Shown here piece by piece: positions 20,242 to 29,554 of a stretch of DNA of 64,000 nucleotides; the first letter of the stretch is position 1, and every line of letters starts with the position of its first letter. The DNA is taken from NCBI RefSeq assembly GCF_003574735.1, contig NZ_QORW01000006.1, positions 42,887 to 106,886 of the forward strand, written 5' to 3'. The notes under the pieces are model-generated. The model was not told the origin of the DNA, searched no databases, and saw only the letters and a list, made by a program, of their open reading frames with translations. This DNA is from Dongia deserti. Its GTDB lineage: Bacteria; Pseudomonadota; Alphaproteobacteria; Dongiales; Dongiaceae. The position numbers and the translations under genes were made by a program.

Positions 20242-20457
20242 ATGGAGCGAGACATGCCGAGACGCGACAAAGAGCGTGACAAACCCGCGGTCGAGCGCGA
20301 CAGCGCGGGGCACTTCATCGAATCGAATGAGCCGAGCGCAGCCCAGCCGGAACTCGCGAAAGAGAACGCCGAGACGCGCCGCCGCGCCGCAAAGTCGCCG
20401 CCGAAAGGCGGAGAGGGCGACAAGGGCGACAGCAGGCGGCGAAAGCTCCGCACCTGA
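20242..20457 (+). CDS. small highly charged hypothetical protein (71 aa, single KGG-like motif)
   Basis: In-frame ATG inside track ORF 20080..20457. The sequence MERDMPRRDKERDKPAVERD...PPKGGEGDKGDSRRRKLRT is low-complexity and disordered-looking. Confidence 0.3.
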   Translation: MERDMPRRDKERDKPAVERDSAGHFIESNEPSAAQPELAKENAETRRRAAKSPPKGGEGDKGDSRRRKLRT

Positions 20458-20510
20458 GTTGACCATTCATTGGGCAGCGTCGGGTGCTTGTTGGCCGTAC
20501 AAGCAAGCAG

Positions 20511-20533
20511 CCCGTCGGACGTGGTCCGACGGG
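20511..20533. terminator. perfect 10-bp stem hairpin CCCGTCGGAC-GTG-GTCCGACGGG between convergent genes
   Basis: Seen in sequence between the small ORF (+) and the GNAT gene (-). Confidence 0.4.
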
Positions 20534-20556
20534 CGTGAGCTTACTCTCCGGTCAGC

Positions 20557-21132
20557 TTAGCGGGCGCGGGCTCTGCGGGGCGCGCGTCTGGCCGCCTTTG
20601 CGGCGACAGCCGGCAGGCCGCTGTGCAGGTGGCGAACCTCCCCCGCAATCCGGCCCAGGACATTGTCCTTCAACGGGGCCACTTGCAGGCGGTCGGGCCG
20701 CGTCTCGCCCGGCATGACGAAGCCGTGCGGCGTCGCCGGAACGAAGCCGAATCTCTTGTAGTAATCGACGTCGCCGACCAGCAGCACGAGATCGTGGCCA
20801 AGCTGCGCGGCAAGATCGAGCGTCTTGAACATGAGGGCGCGGCCGATGCCTTTGCCGGCGCGGTCCTGCGCGATCGCGAGCGGGCCGAGCAGCAAGGCCG
20901 GATGGCCACTCTCGCCGACCAGGATCGACCAGTAGCGGATGGCGCCCACCAATCGGTCGCCTTCCAGCGCGATCCAGCTCAGCTCACGAACAGGCTCGAC
21001 GCCCTCTCGGAACAGGTAGGAAGCCTTGTGGAACCGTGCTGGGCCAAACACGTCGTCGTACAGGCGTTCGACGGCGCCAGCCAGCACGGCCGGTTCAGGT
21101 TTGATCAGGTACTCGGGCTTGATGAGTTTCAT
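20557..21132 (-). CDS. GNAT family N-acetyltransferase
   Basis: GNAT core motifs (QDRAGKGIGRALM, YYKRFGF). Confidence 0.75.
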   Translation of the reverse strand: MKLIKPEYLIKPEPAVLAGAVERLYDDVFGPARFHKASYLFREGVEPVRELSWIALEGDRLVGAIRYWSILVGESGHPALLLGPLAIAQDRAGKGIGRALMFKTLDLAAQLGHDLVLLVGDVDYYKRFGFVPATPHGFVMPGETRPDRLQVAPLKDNVLGRIAGEVRHLHSGLPAVAAKAARRAPRRARAR

Positions 21133-21440
21133 CGGTGGTGATCCTTCACAACAGGTCTTCGAACGTTTCGCCGGTTTGCCCGGTCGTCCGCCGCCTGGAG
21201 GATCACCTCGCTAATGGAGGTGCTCCGGTCCTTGCGTACGAACGACCATCCCGCCCGGCAGGCTCTCGGGGATACGTCGTCGGTGACGCAAGGCGTACAT
21301 CAAAGCACTCTTACGCAGTTTCAGCTGGGCGCGGAAAATACATCAAAGCGCCGACCCTGGAAATAGGAAATTTCGGCGCGGGCACAAGAGGCTGCTCGCG
21401 GAATCGTGTGTAACGGATGATGACGGGGTGCGAGGGCCGC

Positions 21441-21902
21441 TCACCGCACGACTGTGACGGGGCAGTGGGCGCGGGTGACGACATCCTCGGCGACCGAGCC
21501 CAGCAGCATGCGCTTGGCGCCGGTGCGCCCTTCGGAGCCGACGATGATGTGGTGATAGCCGTTGCGCTCGGCATAGCCGACGATCGCCTCCGCCGGGTCG
21601 GAGCCGTAGGCGCGTACCAGCTTCACGTTGAGCAGCTTTCGTTCCAAGGCGGCTTTGAGCGCTGCCAGCAGCTCCTTGTCCGGCGGCAGGTTCTGCGCCT
21701 TTACCCGCGCCTCGTCCCACATCTCCGGCGCCGTCTCCAGCGCGCCGTCGGCGACCAGCAGAAAGGTGATAGGGCGCCGCATCTCCTCGGCCAAGCCGAC
21801 CGCGTAGGCCACGGCCTTCTCGGAAGGCGGCGAGCCATCGGTCGCGCACAGCAGACGTTCCGTGTTCACGTCGTCCTCCTGCTTCCGCGGTCGAAGCTTC
21901 AT
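21441..21902 (-). CDS. universal stress protein (UspA family)
   Basis: USP C-terminal motif HHIIVGSEGRTGAKRMLLGSVAEDVVTRAHCPVTVV. Internal Met start at 21902; the track ORF runs to 21938. Confidence 0.75.
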   Translation of the reverse strand: MKLRPRKQEDDVNTERLLCATDGSPPSEKAVAYAVGLAEEMRRPITFLLVADGALETAPEMWDEARVKAQNLPPDKELLAALKAALERKLLNVKLVRAYGSDPAEAIVGYAERNGYHHIIVGSEGRTGAKRMLLGSVAEDVVTRAHCPVTVVR

Positions 21903-22041
21903 GATATCTCGCCTCGCCGAGTCGCGGCGAAGCGCCACGGTGCTTCGGGTTCGTTAGGGTGTCACCCAAACGTTAGCGATTCGTTAGGCATAGCGATGTC
22001 GCGGCGGTGAACGACTGGCGTTCGTGGATTATCCAGACCGC

Positions 22042-23037
22042 TCAGCCTTCGTGCTTCAGCGGGCGGGCGAGCAGATCGCGGATCGCCTGGTCGATGTCGG
22101 CACGGCCGGACAGGATGGCGGCGACGGTGTGGGCGATCGGCATGTCGACCTGCAGCCGCGCCGCCAGCTGCTCGAGCGCGGCGGCGGTCGGCACGCCTTC
22201 GGCGATGCTGCGCCGCTCCTTCAGGATCTCCGCCAGAGGTCGGCCGCGCCCCAACTCAAAGCCGAGGGAGGCGTTGCGCGACTTCATCGAGTTGCAGGTC
22301 AGCACCACATCGCCGACGCCGGCGAGGCCCAGCATCGTCTCCGCCCTCCCGCCGAGCGCATGGGCGAGGCGCGCCAGCTCGGCCAGGCCGCGCGTCACCA
22401 GGGCGGCGCGGGCATTCTCGCCGAGGTTCCGTCCCATCACGATGCCGCAGGCGATAGCGAGCACGTTCTTGGCCGCACCCGCGAGCTCGATGCCGACCGG
22501 GTCCAGGCTGCCGTAGGGCCGGAACGCGCCGTGCGACAGCGCCAGCATCAGCGCTTCGTTGAGCGCCGCATCGGGGCTGGCGATCACCACCGCCGTCGGC
22601 AGGCCGGCCGCCACCTCGCCGGCGAAGCTGGGGCCGGAAAGGACGGCGACTGGCACCTGCGGCAGCAGCTCCGCCACCACATCGGTGAGCAGGAGGCCGC
22701 TGCCCAGCTCGATCCCCTTGGCGCACAGCACCAGCGGCGTGCCCGCGCGCCAGGCATCGCGCGCCGCCATGCATAAGGCGCGCAGATGCTGTGCCGGCTG
22801 GACGTAAAGCACGGCATCGGCGGCCAGCGCCTCCGCCAGCTGTGCGGTGACGGTGACCTCCGGCGGCAGCGTGGCGCCGGGCAGATAGTCGGGGTTCTGG
22901 CGGCTCGTCGCGATCGCGGCCGCCGCTTCCGGGCGGCGCGCCCACAGGGTGGTGACGAGGCCGGCACGCGCCGCCTGGATGGCAAGAGCGGTGCCCCAGG
23001 CGCCAGCGCCGGCGATGCCGACAGATCGGATTTGCAT
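22042..23037 (-). CDS. gpsA: NAD(P)H-dependent glycerol-3-phosphate dehydrogenase
   Basis: Start at the internal Met (MQIRSVGIAGAGAWGTALA), computed from ORF 22042..23298. Rossmann and GpsA motifs are present. The expected length of about 330 aa is restored. Confidence 0.85.
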   Translation of the reverse strand: MQIRSVGIAGAGAWGTALAIQAARAGLVTTLWARRPEAAAAIATSRQNPDYLPGATLPPEVTVTAQLAEALAADAVLYVQPAQHLRALCMAARDAWRAGTPLVLCAKGIELGSGLLLTDVVAELLPQVPVAVLSGPSFAGEVAAGLPTAVVIASPDAALNEALMLALSHGAFRPYGSLDPVGIELAGAAKNVLAIACGIVMGRNLGENARAALVTRGLAELARLAHALGGRAETMLGLAGVGDVVLTCNSMKSRNASLGFELGRGRPLAEILKERRSIAEGVPTAAALEQLAARLQVDMPIAHTVAAILSGRADIDQAIRDLLARPLKHEG

Positions 23038-23116
23038 CAACCTCTCGCTTTCGCGCAGCCAGCGACCGCGCGGATCGATTGCGCGCCGCCAGGATGCGCC
23101 TGTAATCTGCCCTGCA

Positions 23117-24181
23117 ATGAGATGCAAGGCGAGATGGGTCGTGGAGGCGCCGGTTCGGCAGCAGCGACATAGGCGCGGACCTGCCGCCCTGCTGGTCCTG
23201 ATCTTCGCTGCGGCGGCGCCCCAGCCACCCGCTGCCGCCCAGGATACCGAGCTAACGCCGATCGTGGTGGCGCTCCCGGAGGGGCCGTCGGCGCGCACGA
23301 TCGGCTATTACCTGGCGAAAGCCGGCGGCTGGTTCGCGCGCGAAGGGCTCGATCCCACATTCGTGATCGCCGACAAGCGCGCGCCCTCGGCCATGCTGGC
23401 GACCGGCGACGCTGACCTTGCCGTCGACATCATGCCTCGGGCGCTCAAGGTGCGGGCGGACGGCGCGGACATTCTTCACGTCGCGCAGATCTTTCAGAAA
23501 TCCGGCCTAGTGTTGGCCTGCCGCAAGCCGATCAAGGAGCCCAAGGACCTCAGGGGCATGAACATATCGCTGTGGTCCGGCGGGCGGGAGGGCGCGTTCT
23601 ATGCCTGGATGGCGAAGGTCGGCCTTGGCATTTATGGCGAGGCGGACGGCGTCACCATCCTGCGCGAGGGACTCGATCCCGATGCCTATCGCCAGCGCGC
23701 AAGCGATTGCTTCACCGGCCAGAGCTATGCGCTGCCAGCGCAGCTCGGGCTGCATGGCAAGACGACCTTCGACTATCGCGTCTTCTTCTATGAGCAGGTG
23801 GGGACCGCGATCCTGGAGGACGGCGTCTATGTGCGTGCGAAGGATCTGAAATACTCCGACCGCGTCGAACGCATCGCGCATTTTCTCGCAGCCGTGCGCG
23901 CCGGCTGGCGAAACGCCGCCCACGAGGCGCGCAAGGCGGCGGAGTTCCTGGTCGAGATCGTGCCGCCGCCGGTGCCGGAACTGGCGACCCTGTTGCGCTC
24001 GATCTGGGCGGCCAACGATCTGGTGCAGGTGGACCGCATTCCGTTCGGACGGCTCGATCCGGCTGCCTACGACCGCACCGTCACCATCCTGCTGACCGCC
24101 GCCCCCGACCCGCTCCTGAAGACCGCGCCCAGGGGCGCCACCAGTGACGCGGCGGTCAAGGCCTTGGAAGCGCTGGATTAA
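23117..24181 (+). CDS. NMT1/THI5-like (nitrate/sulfonate/bicarbonate-type) ABC substrate-binding protein, orphan
   Basis: Internal Met 23117 precedes a signal-like hydrophobic stretch (AALLVLIFAAAAP). There is SsuA/NMT1-like sequence, but no permease or ATPase nearby. Confidence 0.6.
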   Translation: MRCKARWVVEAPVRQQRHRRGPAALLVLIFAAAAPQPPAAAQDTELTPIVVALPEGPSARTIGYYLAKAGGWFAREGLDPTFVIADKRAPSAMLATGDADLAVDIMPRALKVRADGADILHVAQIFQKSGLVLACRKPIKEPKDLRGMNISLWSGGREGAFYAWMAKVGLGIYGEADGVTILREGLDPDAYRQRASDCFTGQSYALPAQLGLHGKTTFDYRVFFYEQVGTAILEDGVYVRAKDLKYSDRVERIAHFLAAVRAGWRNAAHEARKAAEFLVEIVPPPVPELATLLRSIWAANDLVQVDRIPFGRLDPAAYDRTVTILLTAAPDPLLKTAPRGATSDAAVKALEALD

Positions 24182-24257
24182 GGCCTTTGAGGCGGGACCT
24201 GACAGGCCAGGGCGGCTCTGCTATAAGGGCTGCCGACCGGATCCTGCCTCACCCCAC

Positions 24258-24331
24258 GTCCCCGTAGCTCAGCAGGATAGAGCGTCGGTTTCCTAAACCG
24301 CAGGTCGGAGGTTCGAATCCTCTCGGGGACG
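24258..24331 (+). tRNA. tRNA-Arg (anticodon CCT)
   Basis: Manual cloverleaf: acceptor GTCCCCG/CGGGGAC, D-arm GCTC..GAGC, anticodon loop TTCCTAA, T-loop TTCGAAT, discriminator G. CCA is not encoded. Confidence 0.8.
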
Positions 24332-24539
24332 CCGCCGCCATTTTCTTCCGGCATTGACACAGGTCAAGGCTGACACGACCTACTTAAATAGCGTTGTCGG
24401 TAAGGATAGGGATCACTGCGCTAGCCGCAGCTGGGACGGCAGAAAGGCACGTCGGTTGGAAGGCGCCCGGTCCACCACCGCCTCGTTTGCAATTGAATAC
24501 CGGCGGTTTCTCTCACCGTCGGGCGACGCGACGGCAACC

Positions 24540-25541
24540 ATGCCGGACTTTGCGCGCGATTCCACGCAGTTGATCAACCTCTACCAGGCGATGGTGCTCA
24601 CGCGCACGTTTGACGCGAAGGCGGTGGCGCTTCAGCGTACCGGCCGGCTCGGCACCTATCCGTCGTCGCTCGGGCAGGAGGCGGTAGCGGTTGGCGTGGC
24701 AGCGGCGATGCGTGAGGAAGATCTCCTGTTGCCCAGCTTCCGCGAGCATGGCGCGCAGCTGTGGCGCGGCGTGACTCTGCAGGACATCCTGCTCTACTGG
24801 GGCGGTGATGAGCGCGGCAGTGCTTCTTCCGGTCCCAGGCATGACTTCCCCGTCAACGTTCCGGTCGGCAGCCATGCTCCGCATGCGGTCGGTGTGGCGC
24901 TTGCATTCAAGCTCCGCGGAGAGCAATGCGTCGCAGTCTGCGTGATGGGTGATGGTGCGACCTCCAAGGGCGAGGTCGCTGAAGCGCTGAACATCGCGGG
25001 CGTATGGCGCCTGCCCGTCGTCTTCGTCATCAACAACAATGGCTGGGCGATCTCGGTGCCGGTCGCCCGGCAGACGGCTGCGGCGACGCTGGCGCAAAAG
25101 GCAGTCGCGGCGGGAATTCCGGGCGAGCAGGTCGATGGCAACGATGTGATCGCGGTCCGTGCCGCCGTCGAGGATGCATTGGCGCGGGCGCGCGCCGGCA
25201 ACGGCCCTGCCCTCATCGAGGCGATTACCTATCGCCTCAGCGACCATACGACCGCAGACGACGCGAGCCGTTACCGCAGCGATGCCGAAGTGAGCCAGCG
25301 CTGGAACGAGGAGCCGATCGCACGCCTTCGCCGCTATCTTGTGAAGCGCGAGTTGTGGACCAAGGCGGATGAGGAGCGCATGCTGACCGCGCTCAGCACG
25401 CAGGTCGACGCGGCGGTCGAATCCTATCTCGCGACTGCTCCGCAGCCCGTCGAGAGCATATTCGATCATACCTATGCGACGCTGCCCGCCGATCTTGCCG
25501 ACCAGCGCGCGGCTGCCTTGGCTGCAAGGAGCCGAAGGTGA
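24540..25541 (+). CDS. 2-oxo-acid dehydrogenase E1 component alpha subunit (TPP-dependent; acetoin or branched-chain/pyruvate type)
   Basis: Internal start MPDFARDSTQL inside track ORF 24354..25541. It has the TPP-binding E1alpha motif (GDGATSKGE...NNGWAIS). Confidence 0.8.
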   Translation: MPDFARDSTQLINLYQAMVLTRTFDAKAVALQRTGRLGTYPSSLGQEAVAVGVAAAMREEDLLLPSFREHGAQLWRGVTLQDILLYWGGDERGSASSGPRHDFPVNVPVGSHAPHAVGVALAFKLRGEQCVAVCVMGDGATSKGEVAEALNIAGVWRLPVVFVINNNGWAISVPVARQTAAATLAQKAVAAGIPGEQVDGNDVIAVRAAVEDALARARAGNGPALIEAITYRLSDHTTADDASRYRSDAEVSQRWNEEPIARLRRYLVKRELWTKADEERMLTALSTQVDAAVESYLATAPQPVESIFDHTYATLPADLADQRAAALAARSRR

Positions 25542-26518
25542 GCGAGATCACGCTCGTCCAGGCCATCAACCGCGCCCTCACACGCGCCATGCGGGACGAC
25601 CCGACGGTGGTGGTGCTGGGCGAGGATGTTGCCAAGGATGGCGGCGTGTTCCGCGCGACCGAGGGACTGCTCGCCGAGTTCGGGGAGGGACGGGTGATCG
25701 ATACGCCGCTGGCCGAAGGGGCGATCGCCGGCCTCTGTGTCGGCCTTGCGGCGCAGGGCTTCCGGCCGGTTGCCGAGATCCAGTTCACCGGCTTCATCTA
25801 TCCCATCATCGACCAGATGATGAACCACGCCTCGCGCATTCGCACGCGCACGCGCGGTCGTCTCACCTGCCCGATGGTCTTGCGCTCACCCTGCGGCGGC
25901 GGCATCCGGGCCGTCGAGCATCATTCGGAGAGCCCGGAGGCGATATTCGCGCACATGCCCGGTTTGCGCGTCGTCATCCCTTCCTCCCCGGCTCGCGCCT
26001 ATGGGCTGCTGCTCGCCGCCATCCATGATCCGGATCCGGTTGTGTTCCTCGAACCGACGCGGCTCTATCGCGCGATCAAGGAAGAGGTGCCAGATGACGG
26101 CGCATCGCTGCCGCTCGACCGTGCCTTTGTCGTGCGCGAAGGCAGCGACCTCACCCTCGTGACCTGGGGCGCGATGCTCAAGGAGACCATGGCCACCGGT
26201 GAGCGCTTGGCTGCCGGCGGTGTCAGCGCCGAGGTCATCGACCTAGCAACATTGAAGCCGCTTGATAGCGAGACCGTGCTGCGGTCGGTCGCCAAGACCG
26301 GCCGCTGCGTGATCATCCACGAGGCGCCACGCACTGCAGGGTTCGGCGCGGAGGTCGCGGCGCGGATCGCGGAGCACGGCCTACTCTCGCTGCTGGCACC
26401 GATCGAACGGGTTGCCGGCTTTGACACGGTGATGCCGCTGCTGCGGCTGGAGCAGCACTACATGCCGGAGGAGCAGCGGATTCTCGCTGCCGCGCGGCGG
26501 GTTCTGGCCTTCCGATGA
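25538..26518 (+). CDS. 2-oxo-acid dehydrogenase E1 component beta subunit
   Basis: Transketolase-like pyrimidine-binding and C-terminal domains. Its start overlaps the E1alpha stop. Confidence 0.85.
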   Translation: MSEITLVQAINRALTRAMRDDPTVVVLGEDVAKDGGVFRATEGLLAEFGEGRVIDTPLAEGAIAGLCVGLAAQGFRPVAEIQFTGFIYPIIDQMMNHASRIRTRTRGRLTCPMVLRSPCGGGIRAVEHHSESPEAIFAHMPGLRVVIPSSPARAYGLLLAAIHDPDPVVFLEPTRLYRAIKEEVPDDGASLPLDRAFVVREGSDLTLVTWGAMLKETMATGERLAAGGVSAEVIDLATLKPLDSETVLRSVAKTGRCVIIHEAPRTAGFGAEVAARIAEHGLLSLLAPIERVAGFDTVMPLLRLEQHYMPEEQRILAAARRVLAFR

Positions 26519-27615
26519 AGACGTTCAGGCTTCCGGATCTGGGCGAGGGGCTGCAGGACGCGGAGATCGTAAGCTGGCACGTCGCTGCGGGCGATCATGT
26601 GGTTGCTGATCAGCCGCTGGTTTCGGTCGAAACGGACAAGGCGGTGATCGAAGTTCCTTCCCCGCAGTCCGGCCGGATCGAGCGGCTGTGCGCAGGCAAA
26701 GGGGAACGCGTGAAGGTCGGCGCGTCCTTGGTCGAGTTCGCTGAAGGTGCGCGCGCCGATACAGGTGCGATCGTCGGCGAATTGACGGAGCCAGCGGCGG
26801 CGCCGGTGGAAGCGAAGCAACCGACTCTGCCGCCAGTTCCTGGCTTGAGGGCGGCGCCCGCCGTGCGCCGGCGCGCCAGGGAGCTGAGCGTTGAGCTCGC
26901 AGATGTGGCTGGCACAGGCCCGGGCGGAGCCATCACCATCGAGGATGTCGAAAAGCTGGCGCGGATCGCAGCCGCTGCGACGCCCGAGGAGGAGCTGAAA
27001 GGCGTACGGCGCGCGATGGCGGCCAACATGGCACGCTCCGGCGCGCAGATCGTGCCGGCAACCGTGGTCGATGATGCCGATATCGGCGGCTGGGAGAAGG
27101 GCGAGGACCTCACCGTTCGCCTGGTACGCGCCATCGTCGCCGGCTGCGGAGCCTCGCCTGCGCTCAATGCCTGGTATGATGGCGGCAGAATGACACGGCG
27201 GCTGCATGCCACCATAGATCTCGGCCTGGCAGTGGATACCGGCGACGGCCTCATTGTGCCGGTGCTGCGCGATGTCGGTCATCGCGATGCGGCCAGCCTA
27301 CGCCGGGGCATCGATGCGCTGAAGGCGGATGTTCGCGCACGCACGGTGCCGTTGGCGGAACTGCGGGGCCAGACCATCACCTTGTCGAACTTCGGCATGT
27401 TCGGTGGTCGCTATGCCGCGCTCGTCATCGTGCCGCCGCAGGTCGCGATCCTTGGGGCGGGCATGGCACGCTCCGTGATCCTCCCGAAAAAAGATGGGCC
27501 ACAGGTTCGCCGCGTCCTCCCGCTGTCATTGACGTTCGATCATCGCGCCGTGACCGGCGGCGAGGCCGCGCGCTTCCTGCAGGCGGCGCGACAGGATCTC
27601 GAGCGCGAGACCTGA
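26515..27615 (+). CDS. dihydrolipoamide acyltransferase (E2) with lipoyl, E3-binding and catalytic domains
   Basis: Lipoyl-lysine context SVETDKAVIEVPSP, an E3-binding PSBD, and the catalytic DHRAVTGGEAARF. No E3 gene is adjacent. Confidence 0.85.
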   Translation: MKTFRLPDLGEGLQDAEIVSWHVAAGDHVVADQPLVSVETDKAVIEVPSPQSGRIERLCAGKGERVKVGASLVEFAEGARADTGAIVGELTEPAAAPVEAKQPTLPPVPGLRAAPAVRRRARELSVELADVAGTGPGGAITIEDVEKLARIAAAATPEEELKGVRRAMAANMARSGAQIVPATVVDDADIGGWEKGEDLTVRLVRAIVAGCGASPALNAWYDGGRMTRRLHATIDLGLAVDTGDGLIVPVLRDVGHRDAASLRRGIDALKADVRARTVPLAELRGQTITLSNFGMFGGRYAALVIVPPQVAILGAGMARSVILPKKDGPQVRRVLPLSLTFDHRAVTGGEAARFLQAARQDLERET

Positions 27616-27930
27616 GCGGGGTTGCCGACGATCTCGCTCCTGAGAAAGATCGCCCACTTTCCGTGACGGTTCGTGACGCGAAAATAGCAGACCCGGTCAC
27701 GCCGCCCCCGTCAGCCTGGCAACCGTGCCAGAACAGTTCCAATTCCGCCCATGATTTCCTGGTTTTAGCTTGGCTGAGAACGAAACCCGCCTTGCCGCAG
27801 CAAAAACGCTGCGATTGATCTTAATACATTTTTCAGCTATAGGTTGTCAGGCCAAGCGACATGATGAGCTCTATTCGACGCCGCCCGCTATTGCGTGCGG
27901 CCGTAACCCCTTTTTTGATGGAGGCATGCC

Positions 27931-28860
27931 ATGGACGAACTGCAGAAACGCACGGCGCAAGCCATCGTCAACATCTTTGAGACAGGCCGCGCCCTGGGGC
28001 GATATGGCCAGGTGACACTGCTGGCAGGCGATTCCGGACAGCTGACCTATGGCCGTTCGCAGACCACCTTGAGCAGCGGCAATCTCTATCTCCTGATCAA
28101 GGCCTATTGCGACATGCGGGAGGCGGCGTTCGCGGACCGGCTGCGGCCAAGCCTGCCGCGGCTCGAAGGGATCGACGCCGCGCTCAATCACGACGAAAGC
28201 TTCAAGTCGCTGCTGCGTGCGGCGGGCGACGATCCGGTGATGCAAGCTTGCCAGGACGGCTTCTTCGATCGCGTCTATTGGGCACCGGCGGCGACCGCGG
28301 CGCAGTCCCTCGGCATCACGACCGCGCTCGGCGTGACCACGGTGTATGACAGCGTGGTGCACGGTTCCTGGGCACGGATGCGCGATCGCACCATCGCCGC
28401 CATCAAGCGGCCGGGGGACAGCGACGAGAAGAAATGGATCACGACCTACATCGCGACTCGCCGTCACTGGCTGGCGAACCATTCCAACACGCTCCTGCGC
28501 AAGACGGTCTACCGCATGGATGCGCTGCAGAAACTGGTGGATGCCCAGGCCTGGGCGCTGCCACTGCCTCTCACAGTGCGGGGTGTCGCCATCACCGAGG
28601 AGATCCTGTCCGGCGCGCCGCCGATCCGGGTTTCCGCCGAGATCGCGGAGCAACGGCTGCTGCGCCTGCGTTCGCCCTTCATGCAGGGCGGCGACGTCGT
28701 CGCTCTCCAGGAAGCACTGACCAGGGCGGATTTCGCGCTCGAAGTGGACGGCGTTTTCGGGCCAGCAACGGAAGCGCAGCTCAAGGCCTTTCAAGCGAGA
28801 CGCGGCCTGACGGCGGACGGCATCGCCGGTCCGGCAACGCGCACGGCGCTCGGGCTCTAG
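27931..28860 (+). CDS. lysozyme-like (chitosanase/GH46-like fold) protein with C-terminal peptidoglycan-binding domain
   Basis: The N-terminus (AIVNIFETGRALGRYGQVTLLAGDSGQLTYGR) resembles the GH46 catalytic region (IEDIGDGRGYTGG). The C-terminus matches PG_binding_1 (GDVVALQEAL...DGVFGPATEAQLKAFQARRGLTADGIAGPATRTAL). There is no signal peptide and a GGAGG Shine-Dalgarno. Confidence 0.55.
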   Translation: MDELQKRTAQAIVNIFETGRALGRYGQVTLLAGDSGQLTYGRSQTTLSSGNLYLLIKAYCDMREAAFADRLRPSLPRLEGIDAALNHDESFKSLLRAAGDDPVMQACQDGFFDRVYWAPAATAAQSLGITTALGVTTVYDSVVHGSWARMRDRTIAAIKRPGDSDEKKWITTYIATRRHWLANHSNTLLRKTVYRMDALQKLVDAQAWALPLPLTVRGVAITEEILSGAPPIRVSAEIAEQRLLRLRSPFMQGGDVVALQEALTRADFALEVDGVFGPATEAQLKAFQARRGLTADGIAGPATRTALGL

Positions 28861-28867
28861 GCGCGCC

Positions 28868-29542
28868 TTAGACTCGCGGTCGCGCCGCTTTGCGAGGCTG
28901 CGCGATGGCCAGCGCGCAGGCCGCAAGGGCGGCGAACGGTGGCACCCACGCCAGGGACGCATCCATCGCCCCTAGCGTTATGCCGCTTGCCAGACACCAC
29001 AGAACCGGAATCGGAAACAGGAGGACGCACCAGCGCGCGCGCGTGAGGAGCAACAGCGCCAGGGTACCGGTCGCCGTGGGATCGGGCGCCATGCCGAATA
29101 TCTCCGCCTGGCTCCACGGACGCCCGCTGAGTGGCGCCAGCAGTGGATACAGCAGTGCCACGGCGAGCAGCGTGACGACAATCGCGCGCCACCAGCCTCG
29201 CCCATCGGGATCCACTTGGCGCGGGCCGCCGAGCACGAACAGAAGCATCGCCTGCAACGCGAAGATGGGCGCGACATAAATGGCTGCCCAGTTGATGGTT
29301 GCGTAGCGGTTCCAGAAGAAGCTCCAGGCCACCCACGCCCAAAGCACGGCGAGGAGCAGCGGAATAACTCGTGAGGCTGCTTTCGGCCGCAGCAGCGCGA
29401 GGCCGCCCGCGAGAAGCCCGGCCGCGAGCGTTAGCAGCGGCAAGGGCCAGAGCGCCTCGTTGTGCAACTCGAGCAGGCGCCAATAAGCGCGGGGGGAGAA
29501 CAGCAGAAAGTCCGAGAGGCGGTAGCCCCACCACTCACTCAT
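28868..29542 (-). CDS. hypothetical integral membrane protein (about 6 TM)
   Basis: Strongly hydrophobic with periodic TM segments. No recognised motif. Confidence 0.5.
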   Translation of the reverse strand: MSEWWGYRLSDFLLFSPRAYWRLLELHNEALWPLPLLTLAAGLLAGGLALLRPKAASRVIPLLLAVLWAWVAWSFFWNRYATINWAAIYVAPIFALQAMLLFVLGGPRQVDPDGRGWWRAIVVTLLAVALLYPLLAPLSGRPWSQAEIFGMAPDPTATGTLALLLLTRARWCVLLFPIPVLWCLASGITLGAMDASLAWVPPFAALAACALAIAQPRKAARPRV

Positions 29543-29554
29543 CGGAACTCCGCA

